Source: Eledone cirrhosa (Eukaryota). From it: 64,000 nucleotides of DNA. The notes below the pieces were generated by a model. The model was not told the origin of the DNA and searched no databases. It was given only the letters and a program-made list of their open reading frames with translations. The stretch covers positions 50,096,001 through 50,160,000 of the forward strand of contig OZ024751.1 of NCBI GenBank assembly GCA_964016885.1. Direction: 5' to 3'. The translations under genes were made by a program, and so were the position numbers. This document shows, in pieces, positions 1 through 13,569 of this stretch (positions are counted from its first letter, which is position 1; every line of letters starts with the position of its first letter).

Positions 1-20
1 TCAGTAGACAAAAAATAAAA

Positions 21-126
<106 letters not shown>

Positions 127-172
127 GTATATACATATATATGTATATATATATATATATATATGTGTGTGT

Positions 173-223
<51 letters not shown>

Positions 224-353
224 CAGCGAGTGAAAGATGTCAAACTTATCAACCAGAAATCTATTAGTGGAATGAAGTACGTGTGTATGTGTAAGTCATT
301 GTGTTTAGAGTGTCTGTATGTATGTATGTATCTATCTATCTGTATATATATGT

Positions 354-408
<55 letters not shown>

Positions 409-466
409 GTACGTATGTATGTACGTACGTTTGTATGTATTTATCTATCTATCTCTATATATATGT

Positions 467-513
<47 letters not shown>

Positions 514-1019
514 GTACGTATGTATGTACGTACGTATGTATGTATGTGTTTATATGGCTGTTTGCAGTTCCGTAGATCTGTGTGTATATGTATGAGAGTA
601 TATATGTCTGTTTGTGTATGTGCTGAGTAGGATGATTCCATGTATGTGTATGTGTGCATATGTGTGTGCGCATGTGTGTATGGAGAAAAGTTATTATGTA
701 TAGGCATATATATGTCTTCCTGTTTACAATTTCCTGAATAGGTGTATATATATGTTTTAAACTCATATAATCAAATATATGTATACACGTTAGTATATGT
801 ATGCCCGTGTGCATATATTTCTACGTATAAATATATGTGTGTATATATATATGTGTATATATATATGAATGTATCCATGTATTTAAGTGCTTACATATAT
901 GTGTATGCATAACTGTATGTATGTACGTATGTATATGTGTGTGTGTGCGTGTGTATATGATTGTGTCCATGTATATAAGCGCTTATGTATGTGTATATGC
1001 ATAAGTGTATGTATAAATG

Positions 1020-1050
<31 letters not shown>

Positions 1051-1638
1051 TTGTGTGTGTGTGTGTGCTGATATATGTACGCGTGTTTCCAGACCATCTA
1101 ATAGATTTCCACAGATGCAGATATAACCTTTAAAACATAGATGTGTTAGGCTAATGGAAAATTGCAAATGATAGGAGCAATCATTTTGGTGGAGATAGTG
1201 GTAGGGGGGCAGTGGTGGTGGAGGTAGTGGTGGTGGCCGTCGTCGTCGTCGTTGCCGTCGTCGAGAAGAAGAAGAAGAAGAAGAAGAAGAAGAAGAAGAA
1301 GAAGAAGAAGAAGAAGAAGAAGAAGAAGAAGAAGAAGAAGAAGAAGAAGAAGAAGAAGAAGAAGAAGAAGAAGAAGAAGAAGAAGATCTGGTCCTGTGTG
1401 TGCATACCTACAATAAAAAAAATATATATATGGCGTCCCTACCCCTCAGTTCCACTTTCCCCGTCTGCAGTTCTGTGTTCTGTTTACATGCCAACACAAG
1501 GGCAAGAATGAAGTGTTCTTTCTACTGACAAGGCTTTAAAAATAAGGCTTGTTTGCATAAATGCAAACGAATCGAATGTTATTATTAATATTCGAAAACC
1601 TCAGATTACATTTATTGTATTCAGCCATGTAGAGCGAA

Positions 1639-1716
<78 letters not shown>

Positions 1717-1762
1717 ATAATTTTCAATGTGAAGACTAAAATCCGAAGAGGCCTCGATAAGG

Positions 1763-1809
<47 letters not shown>

Positions 1810-1812
<3 letters not shown>

Positions 1813-1945
1813 AACAAGTAAGACCCGACGGCTGAGCTCAGCCGTCGGGGACTTACTTGTTCCTATTACCCACTCTACTACCCTAAGTATTGAGTACTTT
1901 GGTGCGTTATGTTCCACCTGGTTCCTTACCACATTTCCTTCGTAA
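1810..1945 (+). mobile_element. Short (TA)n-embedded Penelope-like/retrozyme-type insert with a 5' fold-back palindrome
   Basis: Near-perfect palindrome 1810-1864 centred on GAGCTC. The body matches 30271-30445 in reverse orientation and is related to 31560-31620, 36781-36910, 39720-39740 and 41730-41765. Confidence 0.65.
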
Positions 1946-1973
1946 TATATATATATATATCTATATATATTGT

Positions 1974-2092
1974 GAAGGCGTGTGGCCGAGTGGTTAGAGA
2001 ATTGGATTCCTAATCGTGAGATTGTGAGTTCGATTCCCGGACCGGGCGATGCGTTATGTCCTTGAGCAAGACACTTTATTTCACGTTGCTCC
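1974..2092 (+). mobile_element. tRNA-headed SINE with CORE-like domain (family 2), 3'-truncated
   Basis: A box TGGCCGAGTGG, B box GAGTTCGATTCC, then GTCCTTGAGCAAGACACTT (CORE-like). Confidence 0.8.
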
Positions 2093-2401
2093 TTCTACCT
2101 GGAGTTGCGACCGATAGAGAGTACTAGCAATTGGAAAGACCAACGGAAACATTGTTTCCTCGGTCCGATTTGACGAAAGTCGATCGACTGTCGATATATA
2201 TATATATATATATATATAAAACCGTAGAGCAAATATTTATTAAAATAACAGATTAAAGTTTAAAGGCTGAAAGCACCGATTCTTTGCTTAAACTTTAATC
2301 TGTTATTTTAATATATATATATATATATATATTCCGTTTACCAATATATATATATATATACATTCACACACACATATATATATATATATATGTGTGTGTG
2401 A

Positions 2402-2432
<31 letters not shown>

Positions 2433-2979
2433 ATCCTTATCGAGGCCTCTTCGGATTTTAGTCTTCACATTTATAATTATTACTATATATATATATAAAT
2501 TTCGCTCTACATGGCTGAATACAATAAATGTAATCTGAGTTTTTCGAATATTAATAATAACATTCGATTCGTTTGCATTTATGCAAACAAGCCTTATTTT
2601 TAAAGCCATGTCAGCAGAATGAACACTTCATTCTCGCTCTTGTGTTGGCATGTAAACAGAACACAGAACTGCAGACACTAATGTTTCTGTGGATCACCCT
2701 TCTATATATATATATATACATATATACATAAATAGATATGCATACTAACGTAGATACATCCACATGTGTGTGCTTGTGTGTATGCGCGAGTGTGTGTGTA
2801 TACGTGTGTATGTGTGTATGTGCGTGTTCATGTGTTTTTTTTTCTTTTCTATTACTTCACAATTTGCAGTTCGAACACAATGGTTGTCTTAATGAATTTG
2901 CGTGTTGGTATAGAGACTATAAATGATTCAATACTTGCATTTCTATTCACAATTTCATCGATTAGATCTTGTCACTCTC

Positions 2980-3063
<84 letters not shown>

Positions 3064-3076
3064 TATATATATGTAC

Positions 3077-3199
<123 letters not shown>

Positions 3200-4458
3200 T
3201 GCCTTATAAGTGACTTCCCAATTCCCCTCCCCGTGCTTATTGATTCAGTGAGTCAAATATCATTTCTGTAGATATTTATACATAAAAACATTATAAAAAC
3301 ATGGAGGTGTGGGGAGCAAATTGTACTTGTATGAAATATCTTTACTAGTTATGGCCTACATTTTGAGTCTAAAAGTTTTAGTTTTCGGAGTTGAACAGCA
3401 TCTAAATAGATGTTGCTAGGAGAATACAATAGTCTATAAATAGTAGCTAATTTATTTTAGGTGCACTAAAAATGTAAAAAAAAATTGTTGATTTATTAAT
3501 CGTGTCGTTCAATTAATGTTAAAGCATACTGTCCATTTAAAGTTGATAGGTTAAGTGGAAATCTGCATTGGAATGAGGTTCTAGAGAGAGTGTATATACG
3601 TGTGTGTGTTTGCTCGTTTGCATGTCTTACTTTTGTGCCTGGCTATATAAATTTTGATATGTATAACTTATTCAAGTTCTTATTTTGATGTGTTAAACTT
3701 ATTTATGAGCGTGAGTAGATGATTATCGTTAGAATTCGGGCTATATATCCTAATATTTTGGATAATTGGGGGGAAATGTTAAAGCAATAAATTAATGGGT
3801 TTTTTCCTAAAATTATCGGTTTCTCGGTAAATCATATTACATACGCTTTTAAGGCCATCATTATGTTACAACGTACTATGTAAATTGTGTCATTCTTTAC
3901 AGATTACGCATGAAATATATAATAACCATATAATTCGCAAATTCCGGAAGATTCAACCGACACCATACATGTGTGTGAATGCGTATATATATGTTATGTG
4001 TATATCTGTGTATATCTGTGTATATCTGTGTACGTGTACCGATGTGGAGACAGAAAAGTGTGAAAAATAATCATATGGACTGTCCTAGTCTTAAGGTTTC
4101 TTAAATTATCCAAATGAATCAGGATTTACACACACGCGTAAATAAATAAGTATACTAAATCATATTTTTATGTATTTAGATCAGTATAAAATTGAGGTGT
4201 TGTAGTTGAAGGGACCTGTGATAACGAATCGCACGAACAAGGAAACTAGTCATTTTGATCCCCATTCCAAACGACGTAAACCCCTCAGGTCAAACCACCA
4301 GAAATTAATTGCACAATCAGACAATTGCTTATCGAATTGATTGTCTATGTTTCATAAAGCAGCGTTTATTGGGACTACCATAGTAATTGATATGAACGCT
4401 TTATTGTGATTTCTGCTATTGTTTTCAGTTTTATTACCACTGTTGCTTCTCTTGTTTG

Positions 4459-4670
4459 TGGTGATGGTGATGATGATGGTGATGATGATGGTGATGGTGA
4501 TGATGATGGTGATGGTGATGGTGATGGTGATGGTGATGGTGATGGTGATGATGATGGTGATGATGATGATGGTGATGATGATGGTGATGATGTTGATGAT
4601 GAAGTGGGAGGAGTATGTGGTTGTGGTGGTGGTGGATGATGATGATGATGATGACGATGATGATGATAAT
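4459..4670. repeat. (GAT/GGT)n trinucleotide microsatellite
   Basis: Read directly from the sequence. Confidence 0.95.
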
Positions 4671-4884
4671 GAGGTGGAGAGTGAGTAAGAAAGAGGAGGA
4701 GAGAAAGAGAAGGAGAAAGAGGCTGAGGCATAGGAGAAGGAGGAGAATGAGAAAGGGGTAGAGGAAGAGGCGGAGGAGGTGTTGGAACAAGAGTTGCATG
4801 GTTATAAAGATGATAGTGATGTTTCTATAGTGACAGTTGCTGTAGCCAATGATGCTGCTTGTTCTGATGTTCCTCCCACAGCAC

Positions 4885-6885
4885 CAGCTCTGTCACCACC
4901 CCACCACCACCACACCACCATTACCACCACAACCACCAACCCCACCATCACCACCACACCACCATTACCACCACCATCACCACCACCACCACCACACCAC
5001 CATTACCACCACAACCACCACCACCACCATCACCAGCAACACTACCATCACCACCCCATCACCACCACCACCACCACCCCACCACCATCACCACCACCCC
5101 ACCACCATCACCATCACCATCACCATCACCACCACCACCACCATCACCACCACCATCACCACCACCACCACACCACCACCACCACCATCACCACCACCAT
5201 CACCACCACCACCACCACCACCACCACCACCACCACCATCACCATCACCACCACCACCACCATCACCACCACCATCACCACCACCACCACACCACCACCA
5301 CCACCATCACCACCACCATCACCACCACCACCACCACCACCATCACCACCACCACCACCACCATCACCACCACCACCACACCACCACCATCACCACCACC
5401 CCACCACCATCACCATCACCATCACCATCACCACCACCACCACCACCACACCACCATTACCACCACAACCACCACCACCACCATCACCAGCAACACTACC
5501 ATCACCACCACCACCACCCCACCACCATCACCACCACCCCATCACCATCACCAATCACCATCACCACCACCACCACCATCACCACCACCATCACCACCTC
5601 CACCACCATCACCTCCACCACCATCACCACCACCACCATCACCACCACCACCCCACCACCATCACCATCACCATCACCACCACCACCACCACCACACCAC
5701 CATTACCACCACAACCACCACCACCACCATCACCAGCAACACTACCATCACCACCACCACCACCCCACCACCATCACCACCACCCCATCACCATCACCAT
5801 CACCATCACCACCACCACCACCATCACCACCACCATCACCACCACCACCACCACCACCACCATCACCACCACCACACCACCGCCACCACCACCACCATCA
5901 CCACCACCATCACCACCTCCACCACCATCACCACCACCACCATCACCACGACCACCACCACCACCACCATCACCACCGCCACCATCACTACCACCACCAT
6001 CACCACCACCACCATCACCACCACCATCACCATCATCACCTCCACCACCATCACCACCACCACCATCACCACCACCATCACCACCACCACCATCACCACT
6101 ACCACCACCCCACCACCATCACCATCACCATCACCACCACCACCACCACCACACCACCATTACCACCACAACCACCACCACCACCATCACCAGCAACACT
6201 ACCATCACCACCACCACCACCCCACCACCATCACCACCACCCCATCACCATCACCATCACCATCACCACCACCACCACCATCACCACCACCATCACCACC
6301 ACCACCACCACCACCACCACCACCACCACCATCACCACCACCACACCACCTCCACCACCACCACCATCACTACCACCACCATCACCACCTCCACCACCAT
6401 CACCACCACCACCATCACCACCACCACCACCACCACCATCACCACCGCCACCATCACTACCACCACCATCACCACCACCACCATCACCACCCCATCACCA
6501 TCACCATCACCATCACCACCACCACCACCATCACCACCACCACCACCATCACCATCACCACCACCACCATCACCACCCCATCACCATCACCATCACCATC
6601 ACCACCACCACCACCATCACCACCACCACCACCATCACCATCACCACCACCACCACCATCACCACCACCACCACCATCACCATCACCACCACCACCACCA
6701 TCACCACCACCACCACCACCACCATCACCACCACCACACCACCGCCACCACCACAACCATCACCATCATCACCACCACCACCACCACCACCACACCACCA
6801 CAACCATCACCATCATCACCACCACCACCACCACCACCGCCACCACCACAACCATCACCATCATCACCACCACCACCACCACTAC
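4885..6885. repeat. ~2 kb compound (CAC/CAT)n trinucleotide array
   Basis: Read directly; it produces spurious poly-His/Thr/Pro ORFs in several frames. Confidence 0.95.
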
Positions 6886-6963
6886 AGGATTTGGTGAAGA
6901 ATGTTGGCAGGTTTAGTAGAGCGCTGAACAAAACGTCATGTGGTGTTTGTGGATTCTCTCTGA

Positions 6964-7233
6964 CTTCTTTTTCTTCTTTTCTTCGCCTACTTATTCCTGA
7001 GAGAGTCATGGGGGACAGAGTCTTCAAACACTCCCTCCAGTGGGTCCTCTCAGAAGCAACCGTCTCAAACTGATCCGACTTAATCTCCAAGGGTGACCAG
7101 CCAAGCTCATGGATCTTATCCGACCATCTTGCTCGGGGTCTAGTCCTGGGTCTCCCACCTGTTGGTTTCGCCCTTAAAATCTGTCCAGCGATTGAGACAA
7201 TCTAACCACATGCCCATAGTATTGGAGCTGTGA
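6964..7233 (-). mobile_element. 5'-truncated RTE-clade (Rex3/Expander-like) LINE 3' end inserted into an old SINE
   Basis: Minus-strand peptides SQLQYYGHVVR and GRPRTRPRARWSDKI...VASERTHWRECL; (GAA)-rich tail; 7-bp TSD TCTCTGA at 6957-6963 and 7234-7240. Confidence 0.75.
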
Positions 7234-7279
7234 TCTCTGAGTTCAAATTCTAACAAGGTCAACATAGCCTTTGGATCTT

Positions 7280-7616
7280 GGATTGGCAATATCGGTAGAG
7301 GGTCGGACGCCATGCTTTGACGCATAGAGTTACGGCCCTTGCCATTCTGAGTTCAAATCCCGCCGAGGTTAACTTTGCCTTTCATCCTTACGGGGTCGAT
7401 AACATAAAGTAGCAGTAATGCACTGGGATAATTGCTGGCCTTGTGCCAAAAGTAGAAACAATTATTATTTTGGTGGATTGGCAGTATCGGTAGAGGGTCG
7501 GACACCATGCTTTGACGCATAGAGTTACCTTTCATCCTTACGGGGGTCGATAAAATAATGTACCAGTAATGCACTGGGTGATTACTGGCCTTTTGCCAAA
7601 TGTAGAAACAATTATT
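7280..7616 (+). mobile_element. Two tandem copies of tRNA-derived SINE family 1 (second lacks the B-box segment)
   Basis: A box TGGCARTATCGG, B box GAGTTCAAATCC, body GCCTTTCATCCTTACGGGGTCGATAA, end GGCCTTGTGCCAAAAGTAGAAACAATT. Confidence 0.9.
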
Positions 7617-8503
7617 GTTTTGGCTTTCAATCTTCATCGAGTTCGATAAAATCAAGTCCCAGTTAAGGCGGAAGTGTCAGCGAGTGAGACAACATTGTTC
7701 GAACTATCACCTTTGACCATTTACCTTCTAGCTTTAAATGTACCGTTCTTGGTGGTGTCCCATTAACCGTGAATTAATAATAAATTTACTGCAAAGTAAT
7801 GGTATGAGGTATATTGTAAAAGGGAGACAGCCTGTATAACTACAATGACAAATATAATGTAGTGACGGTTAATGACAGCCCTATGTATCAGGATGATACG
7901 CCAATATTTCTTTTCTATATCCTATTATATTATATGATATGAGAGAGGTATGACTGCTATTTCTACTAAATCTAGTGACCACATAGACGTTCTTTCCTTA
8001 GCTCTGGTATTCTTGTTGATATAGTTTATTGTTCAATTATGACCTTTTGATGTTGTTGATGTTGTTGTCGTTTTTGTCAATGTTACTCTCTAGTCATGGA
8101 GAGGAAAGGAAAGCAGTCCAGTCCTCATAACTTTTTTCCCAGCCTCCAAGATTAATATGAAAGAGAGGGATGATATGTTCAAACTGATGACCTCTTCTGA
8201 GTGCTTGCAACAGAGTGGACCCTACTAAATACATTGAAGCACCAGGTGGTGTCGTTAAACAGAGCGATGGATTATATTTAACATCCATTTGTTAATCTTG
8301 TTAAATACAGTGTTATTGTAGTTATTTAGCCTCGGATCTGAAATCATAGAGCAAACAGATCGATAATAAAAAAAATGACATTCAAGCTGTGACCATATAA
8401 TCTTGTAATTTGTTTCATTTTAGACATGATGTGTCTAGGATTACATTACAGTAGTGTGTTGACACTTTATTTGTTATTGCTGTTGCTGTTAATGAGGATG
8501 ATA

Positions 8504-8538
<35 letters not shown>

Positions 8539-8775
8539 AATGGTGGTGATGATGATGATGATCATGATGATGGTGAATATGATGATGGTGGTGATGATGA
8601 TGATCCTATTGTCATTCCACTTCTCTACTTGTACCACGAGAAAACAAAATGACAACTAAAGTATCGATATCCCTGTTGTTGTTTATCTCAAGGCCAAACC
8701 TGATAGAGCTACACATACAAACATATGTGTATGTAAGTATATACGTATGTATGTATATACGTATGTATGTATGTA

Positions 8776-9386
8776 CGTCAGGTCACCAGTTGGTGCTACT
8801 GGTAACATGTATCCCAGTACAACCTGTCCCATGGTCGGGTCGTTGGCGACTAAACTGGCAACCCCACCAAGGTTTCTTGGTGAGGAAGGTGACTTGGGAC
8901 ATCCTGCAGGACTAAAAACAAAAATTGTCAAAGGGCAAAGGAGCTCTTAAGAGTCAATGGCCATCCAAAATCACCGGGAGAGATGACCCCTTAGCCTTTG
9001 TCAAGGCAGTATTCTAGGAGAAGGAAAACTCTGATATAACACCTGCAACCCTAATGGTATCCAATGATGTTGACTTGTTCTTCTTTTTGGTAAATATCAT
9101 CTTGGTTAAGAGAGTGGGACTGGCTTTGTGCAGTGCCTTTGCTCACTATAAAAGCTTCACGACACAGGCATTGCTTTATATCTGGAGATCTCTCTGCACT
9201 TGTAATTACATGGTACCATGGGCCCAGCACTATGTGTCAATAATTGTCGCAAGTGTAGTGTTTGTACCAGAGTTTTCAAGTCGCTGGCTGGACTAAAAAG
9301 TCACACTTGTTCAGCGCATTAGTAGGGGTTCTCCTACATGGATATAAAGTAGTGGCCGTACTTGAAAACGAGTTGGCAGCCACCAT
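8776..9386 (+). mobile_element. Non-autonomous RTE-derived element (5'UTR-like part plus 3' stem-loop) with (TATG)n tail
   Basis: Near-identical to 14231-14780. Contains the RTE 5'UTR-like TAGGAGAAGGAAAACTCTGA. Its terminal hairpin GTGGCCGTACTYGAAAACGAGTTGGCAGCCAC resembles the RTE 3' end at 33478-33515. Confidence 0.7.
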
Positions 9387-9507
9387 GTATATACGTATGT
9401 ATGTATATACGTATGTATGTATGTATGTATGTATGTATGTATGTATGTATGTATGTATGTATGTATGTATGTATGTATATACGTATGTATGTATATACGT
9501 ATGTATG

Positions 9508-9541
<34 letters not shown>

Positions 9542-9619
9542 TATACGTATGTATGTATATACGTATGTATGTATGTATGTATGTATGTATGTATGTATGT
9601 ATGTATGTATATACGTATG

Positions 9620-9702
9620 TCATTCGTTCAGCGCATCGGTAGGAGTTCTCCTACATGGATATAAAGTAGTGGCCGTACTCGAAAACGAGTTGGCAGCCAC
9701 CA
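9620..9702 (+). mobile_element. 5'-truncated copy of the same RTE-derived element
   Basis: Matches the last ~80 bp of 8776-9386 and is followed by (TATG)n. Confidence 0.8.
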
Positions 9703-9898
9703 TATACGTATATATGTATATACATATGTATGTATGTATGTATGTATGTATATACGTATGTATGTATGTATATATATATATGTATGTACGTATGTATGTA
9801 TGCGTGTATGTATGTATATGTATGCATGCGTGTATGTATGTATGTATGTATGTATGTATGTATGTATGTATGCGTGTACGTATGTATATACTATGTAT

Positions 9899-10201
9899 GT
9901 TTTCTCTTTCTCTTAATTTCGAGTATTTTTTTTGACCGGCCACCTTCCTGGTGGCAAGGTTGTAAAAGAAAAAAAATTGTCATCCCTTGAATCGCAAGAA
10001 TGTTTTGCATATTTTGAAGGTGCCAGCTATCGCAACCATTTGGAGACTATGAATTAGGGAGCTGCGCTTTTTATCCGCAAATCCAAGTTCAGTCATACTT
10101 TGGTCCAAGCGGGTTGGTATATAACCCGTAGCACCAATAATGATGGGTATAAAGCTAAAGGTGCATCTTGGATACTGGATTTGTAAACTCCTCATCAATG
10201 G
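9899..10201 (-). mobile_element. 5'-truncated copy of the RLE-type LINE
   Basis: Near-identical to 10447-10749 (PLMRSLQIQYPR...KTFLRFKG* plus 3'UTR); flanked by (TATG)n. Confidence 0.9.
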
Positions 10202-10526
10202 TATGTATGTATGTACGTATGTATGTACGTATGTATGCATTTATGTATGTATATACGTATGTATGTATGTATGTATGTATGTATGTATGTATGTATGTAT
10301 GTATGTATGTATGTATGTATGCATGTATGCATTTATGTATGTATATAGGTATGTATGTATGTATGTATCTATGTATGTATGCATGCGTGTATGTATGTAT
10401 ATATGTATGTATGCAAGCATATATGTATGATTTTATGTATGTATGTTATCTCTTTCTCTTAATTTCGAGTATATTTTTTTGACCGGCCACCTTCCTGGTG
10501 GCAAGGTTGTAAAAGAAAAGAAATTG

Positions 10527-13399
10527 TCATCCCTTGAATCGCAAGAATGTTTTGCAAATTTTGAAGGTGCCAGCTATCGCAGCCATTTGTAGACTATGAA
10601 TTAGGGAGCTGCGCTTTTTGTCCGCAAATCCAAGTTCAGTCATACTTTGGTCCAAGTGGGTTGGTATAAAACCCGTAGCTCCAATAATGATGGGTATGAA
10701 GCTAAAGGTGTATCTTGGATACTGGATTTGTAAACTCCTCATCAATGGTCCGTAGATGTCCTCCTTCTCCTGTATTTTTCTGACAACATTTACATCAAGT
10801 GGGCAGCTGATCTCCACAACAGAACACGTTTTCAATGTGTGGTCCCAAACAACAATATCAGGCTGGTTGTGCTTTAATTTGGTGGCAGTTTTTATTTTCA
10901 GGTTCCACCAGTATTCCTTAGTGCCATCTGTCTCAATATATTCTTCCTCGTTTGTTGTTAATTCTGTTTTCAAAAGTGCGTTCCAGCTGGTTCTAGCTAT
11001 CCCATCGTGTCTCATGGGGAGGCAGTAGCGAGATGACATTCTTTCGCAGCTGGCAACAATGTGGCTTACATCCTCGATCTTTGTTTTACATAGCCTACAT
11101 TTATTGTCAGCTGCTGGCCCTCCTCTTTTGTGCAGCAGATATTTGGTAGGGAGTTCTTGTTCCTGTATTGCATAGAGATATCCCTCAAGGTGTGATGTCA
11201 TAAACTTGTCGGAACTCCATGCTGTGTTTTACGCCTCAAGTATCCATGCACAACTTTTGCTGTAAATTGGTCAATTTTTTGTTCTTGTTTGAACATTGAA
11301 TAGGATCTTCCCATTTCTCTGGGTGAGAGATTTATATCAGGCTTTATTCCATATCTCTCCTCCAGATCAGTCGCTATTCTAATGATATTTTTTTTTTCAT
11401 GCTCATAAACCTGGGCAAGATGGTTGCCAACCTTTTTCCTCTGTTGAAGGTGTTGCTTCAGTGTTACTATCCGGGTCTCATATGTTGTTAATATTGATTT
11501 TAGACCCCGGCCACCTCCCTTGCGTGAGAAGTATAGCCTATCCACATCACCATTGATGTTAAAGTTCCCAGTAACACCGAGAAGTTTGCGAGTTCTAACA
11601 TCCATCTCACTTAGTTCTTGCAAAGACCAGTTCAGCAGGCCAAATGTTGGCGTTAGAATTGGCACAGCATAAGTATTGTGGGCAATGTATTTGTTGTATG
11701 CTGACAGTTCTGATGACCATATTTTCTTTACTCTTCTGAGGTATTCAGTTTGGGTTCTCTCCTTATTTATGGGTCCATCATATCTGACATTCTCATCCTG
11801 TCCAAGATATCTGTAGTTGTCACCTGACTGCAGGGGTTGTATTGTCAGGCCCTTTATCTTTAGATTTCTAGAGGAGGGCACAGCTCTTCCACGTTTTACT
11901 GCCAAATATGCACACTTGGACTCACCAAATTTCATTTTGATGTCGGTTGAAAATTGTGTAATGAGGTCCAATTGTTTCTTGACGTCATTGACAGGTCATC
12001 AACAAAGAAAAGATGGGAGATACTTCTGGGCCCACTTCTTTGTCCACCTTGTTTCCTGAGTAGGTAAGATAGTGGATTCAGTGAGAGAACGAAGAGTAGC
12101 ACTGACAAGCTATCACCCTGAAAGATGCCCTTCTGGTAATGTACATTATCAGTCTTAACCTGCTCCTTCTCACCTCTAAGGATAAAATTGGTGTACCAGT
12201 TCTTGGTCAGGCGTTCAACAGCAGCTACCAATGGTTGTGGGACTTTAGCTAACTGTAAAGCCTTAATAATCCACCCATGAGGTACACTATCAAATGCTTT
12301 TTGATAGTCCAGCCACACGACAGTCATGTTTCTGCGATTCTTTGTTTTTTTTTCCTGAATCATTTTGTTAGTTAGTAGGTGATCTATGCAACCCCACACC
12401 TCCCTCTTTCCACCAGCTTGCTCAGGTGTTATGATGTTGTTGGTAGCACAGTGATCCTGTAAGAACAGGTTAAGGCACCCAGTATATAATTTATACATGA
12501 TGTTTTGGCAGGCAATTGGGCGGTAATTTTTAGCAAGGGTGGTTTGGCTATTTTGGGGAATGAGGAGATTAGTGGCAGTTGATAACCATCTGGGCAGTTA
12601 AGTGTGTGCCCTTAATGGTTTCTGCAAACAGCCGTATGAGATCTTGCCGATAGAAAGTGAAATTCTTAAACCAGTATCCTGTAATGAGGTCTGGGCCTGG
12701 CGATTTCCTATTCGACATTTTCTGTAGAGCTGTTTCCAGTATTGACCCATCTATGTCATATTGTTTTGTCTGGACATGTTGACAGTAGTCCTGTTCCAGT
12801 TCTTTGAGCCAATTAGCTTGTCTGTTGAATCCGTCATCCGTTTCCCATACAGATCTCCAGTAGCTCTCAACCTGTTCTTTTGAAGGGGTGTCGTTTACAG
12901 GGATTGAGCTTTTGCCATCGAAGCTGCGATAAGCTGATTTAGGATCTCTGGCAAACAATCTATTTAGCACTTGTCGTTTATGTGCTGTTGACTTATATTT
13001 TAGTCTTTCTGTTCTAGCTGTGAGTTGTTGTTTCAACTGGTGTAATTTGGAGTTCAAAGTTTTAAATTGTGTATCTCCAAATCGTCTCTCTAACTTTTTC
13101 TTTAGGTCTTCCTGGTGTCGTGTGAAGTTGCTCTCTATGTTGCATTTCATAACGACTGCGATGTGTGAGCTACTTCGTCTCAGGGACAAAATTTTGGTTT
13201 TTAAATTTCGCATCCACGCTGGTTCAGACTTTCTGTTTGTATCTTGATTGCGTGGTTTTAGATGTGTGTTATATGATAGCAATGTGACAGCTGAAACATA
13301 TAACAAAACATTAAGCGTTTCAAATGTCGCTTCTACACCTTTAGATCGTATAGCCTTCAGATAATTGCCAGCTATTTCGTTCACCGCTTCCAATTCCAA
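10527..13399 (-). pseudogene. RT, CCHC knuckle and PD-(D/E)xK restriction-like endonuclease polyprotein with 3 frameshifts
   Basis: KSPGPDLI, WLDYQKAFDSVPH, QGDSLS, FFVDD, YRYLG; CRLC-x8-H-x4-C; RHD; QPDIVVWD...VVEISCP...K. Confidence 0.9.
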
Positions 13400-13569
13400 T
13401 TTAGTGTATTTCGTATTTATTTTTCAAAATAGTCGATGATCTTCTTTAAAAGTTTCGACAAAGTTCTGTCAGAATCAAATTTAAAGTTATTCACAGCTTG
13501 GGTAATATTTCTTTTCAGTTAGTTTTTAATTCTACAATTGTGTTTTAAACGTTGTTCTTGAATCGTTTG

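Larger units (their letters stand above)
1463..2676. repeat. Long inverted repeat (arms ~1463-1767 and ~2430-2676) enclosing a SINE and several short inserts
   Basis: GTCTGCAGTTCTGTGTTCTG...ATCCGAAGAGGCCTCGATAAGGATTA recurs as a near-identical reverse complement; the arms differ mainly in the length of an internal (TA)n. Confidence 0.9.

Noticed and set aside
1974-2050. tRNA gene
   Set aside because: A and B boxes are present, but it continues into a dispersed SINE body without a clean cloverleaf.
4779-7073. 764-aa and 682-aa His/Pro/Thr-rich ORFs
   Set aside because: Stop-free trinucleotide repeat that is open in several frames; no domain or splice evidence.
8094-8290. Possible host exon or CR1 remnant
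   Set aside because: Only faint similarity to LINE C-termini, with stops; not supportable.
8776-8865. HDV-like ribozyme at the 5' end of the RTE-derived element
   Set aside because: CCAGT/ACTGG and a CTAA junction are suggestive, but I could not build P1 and P3 with canonical connectivity; needs an RNArobo/Infernal search.
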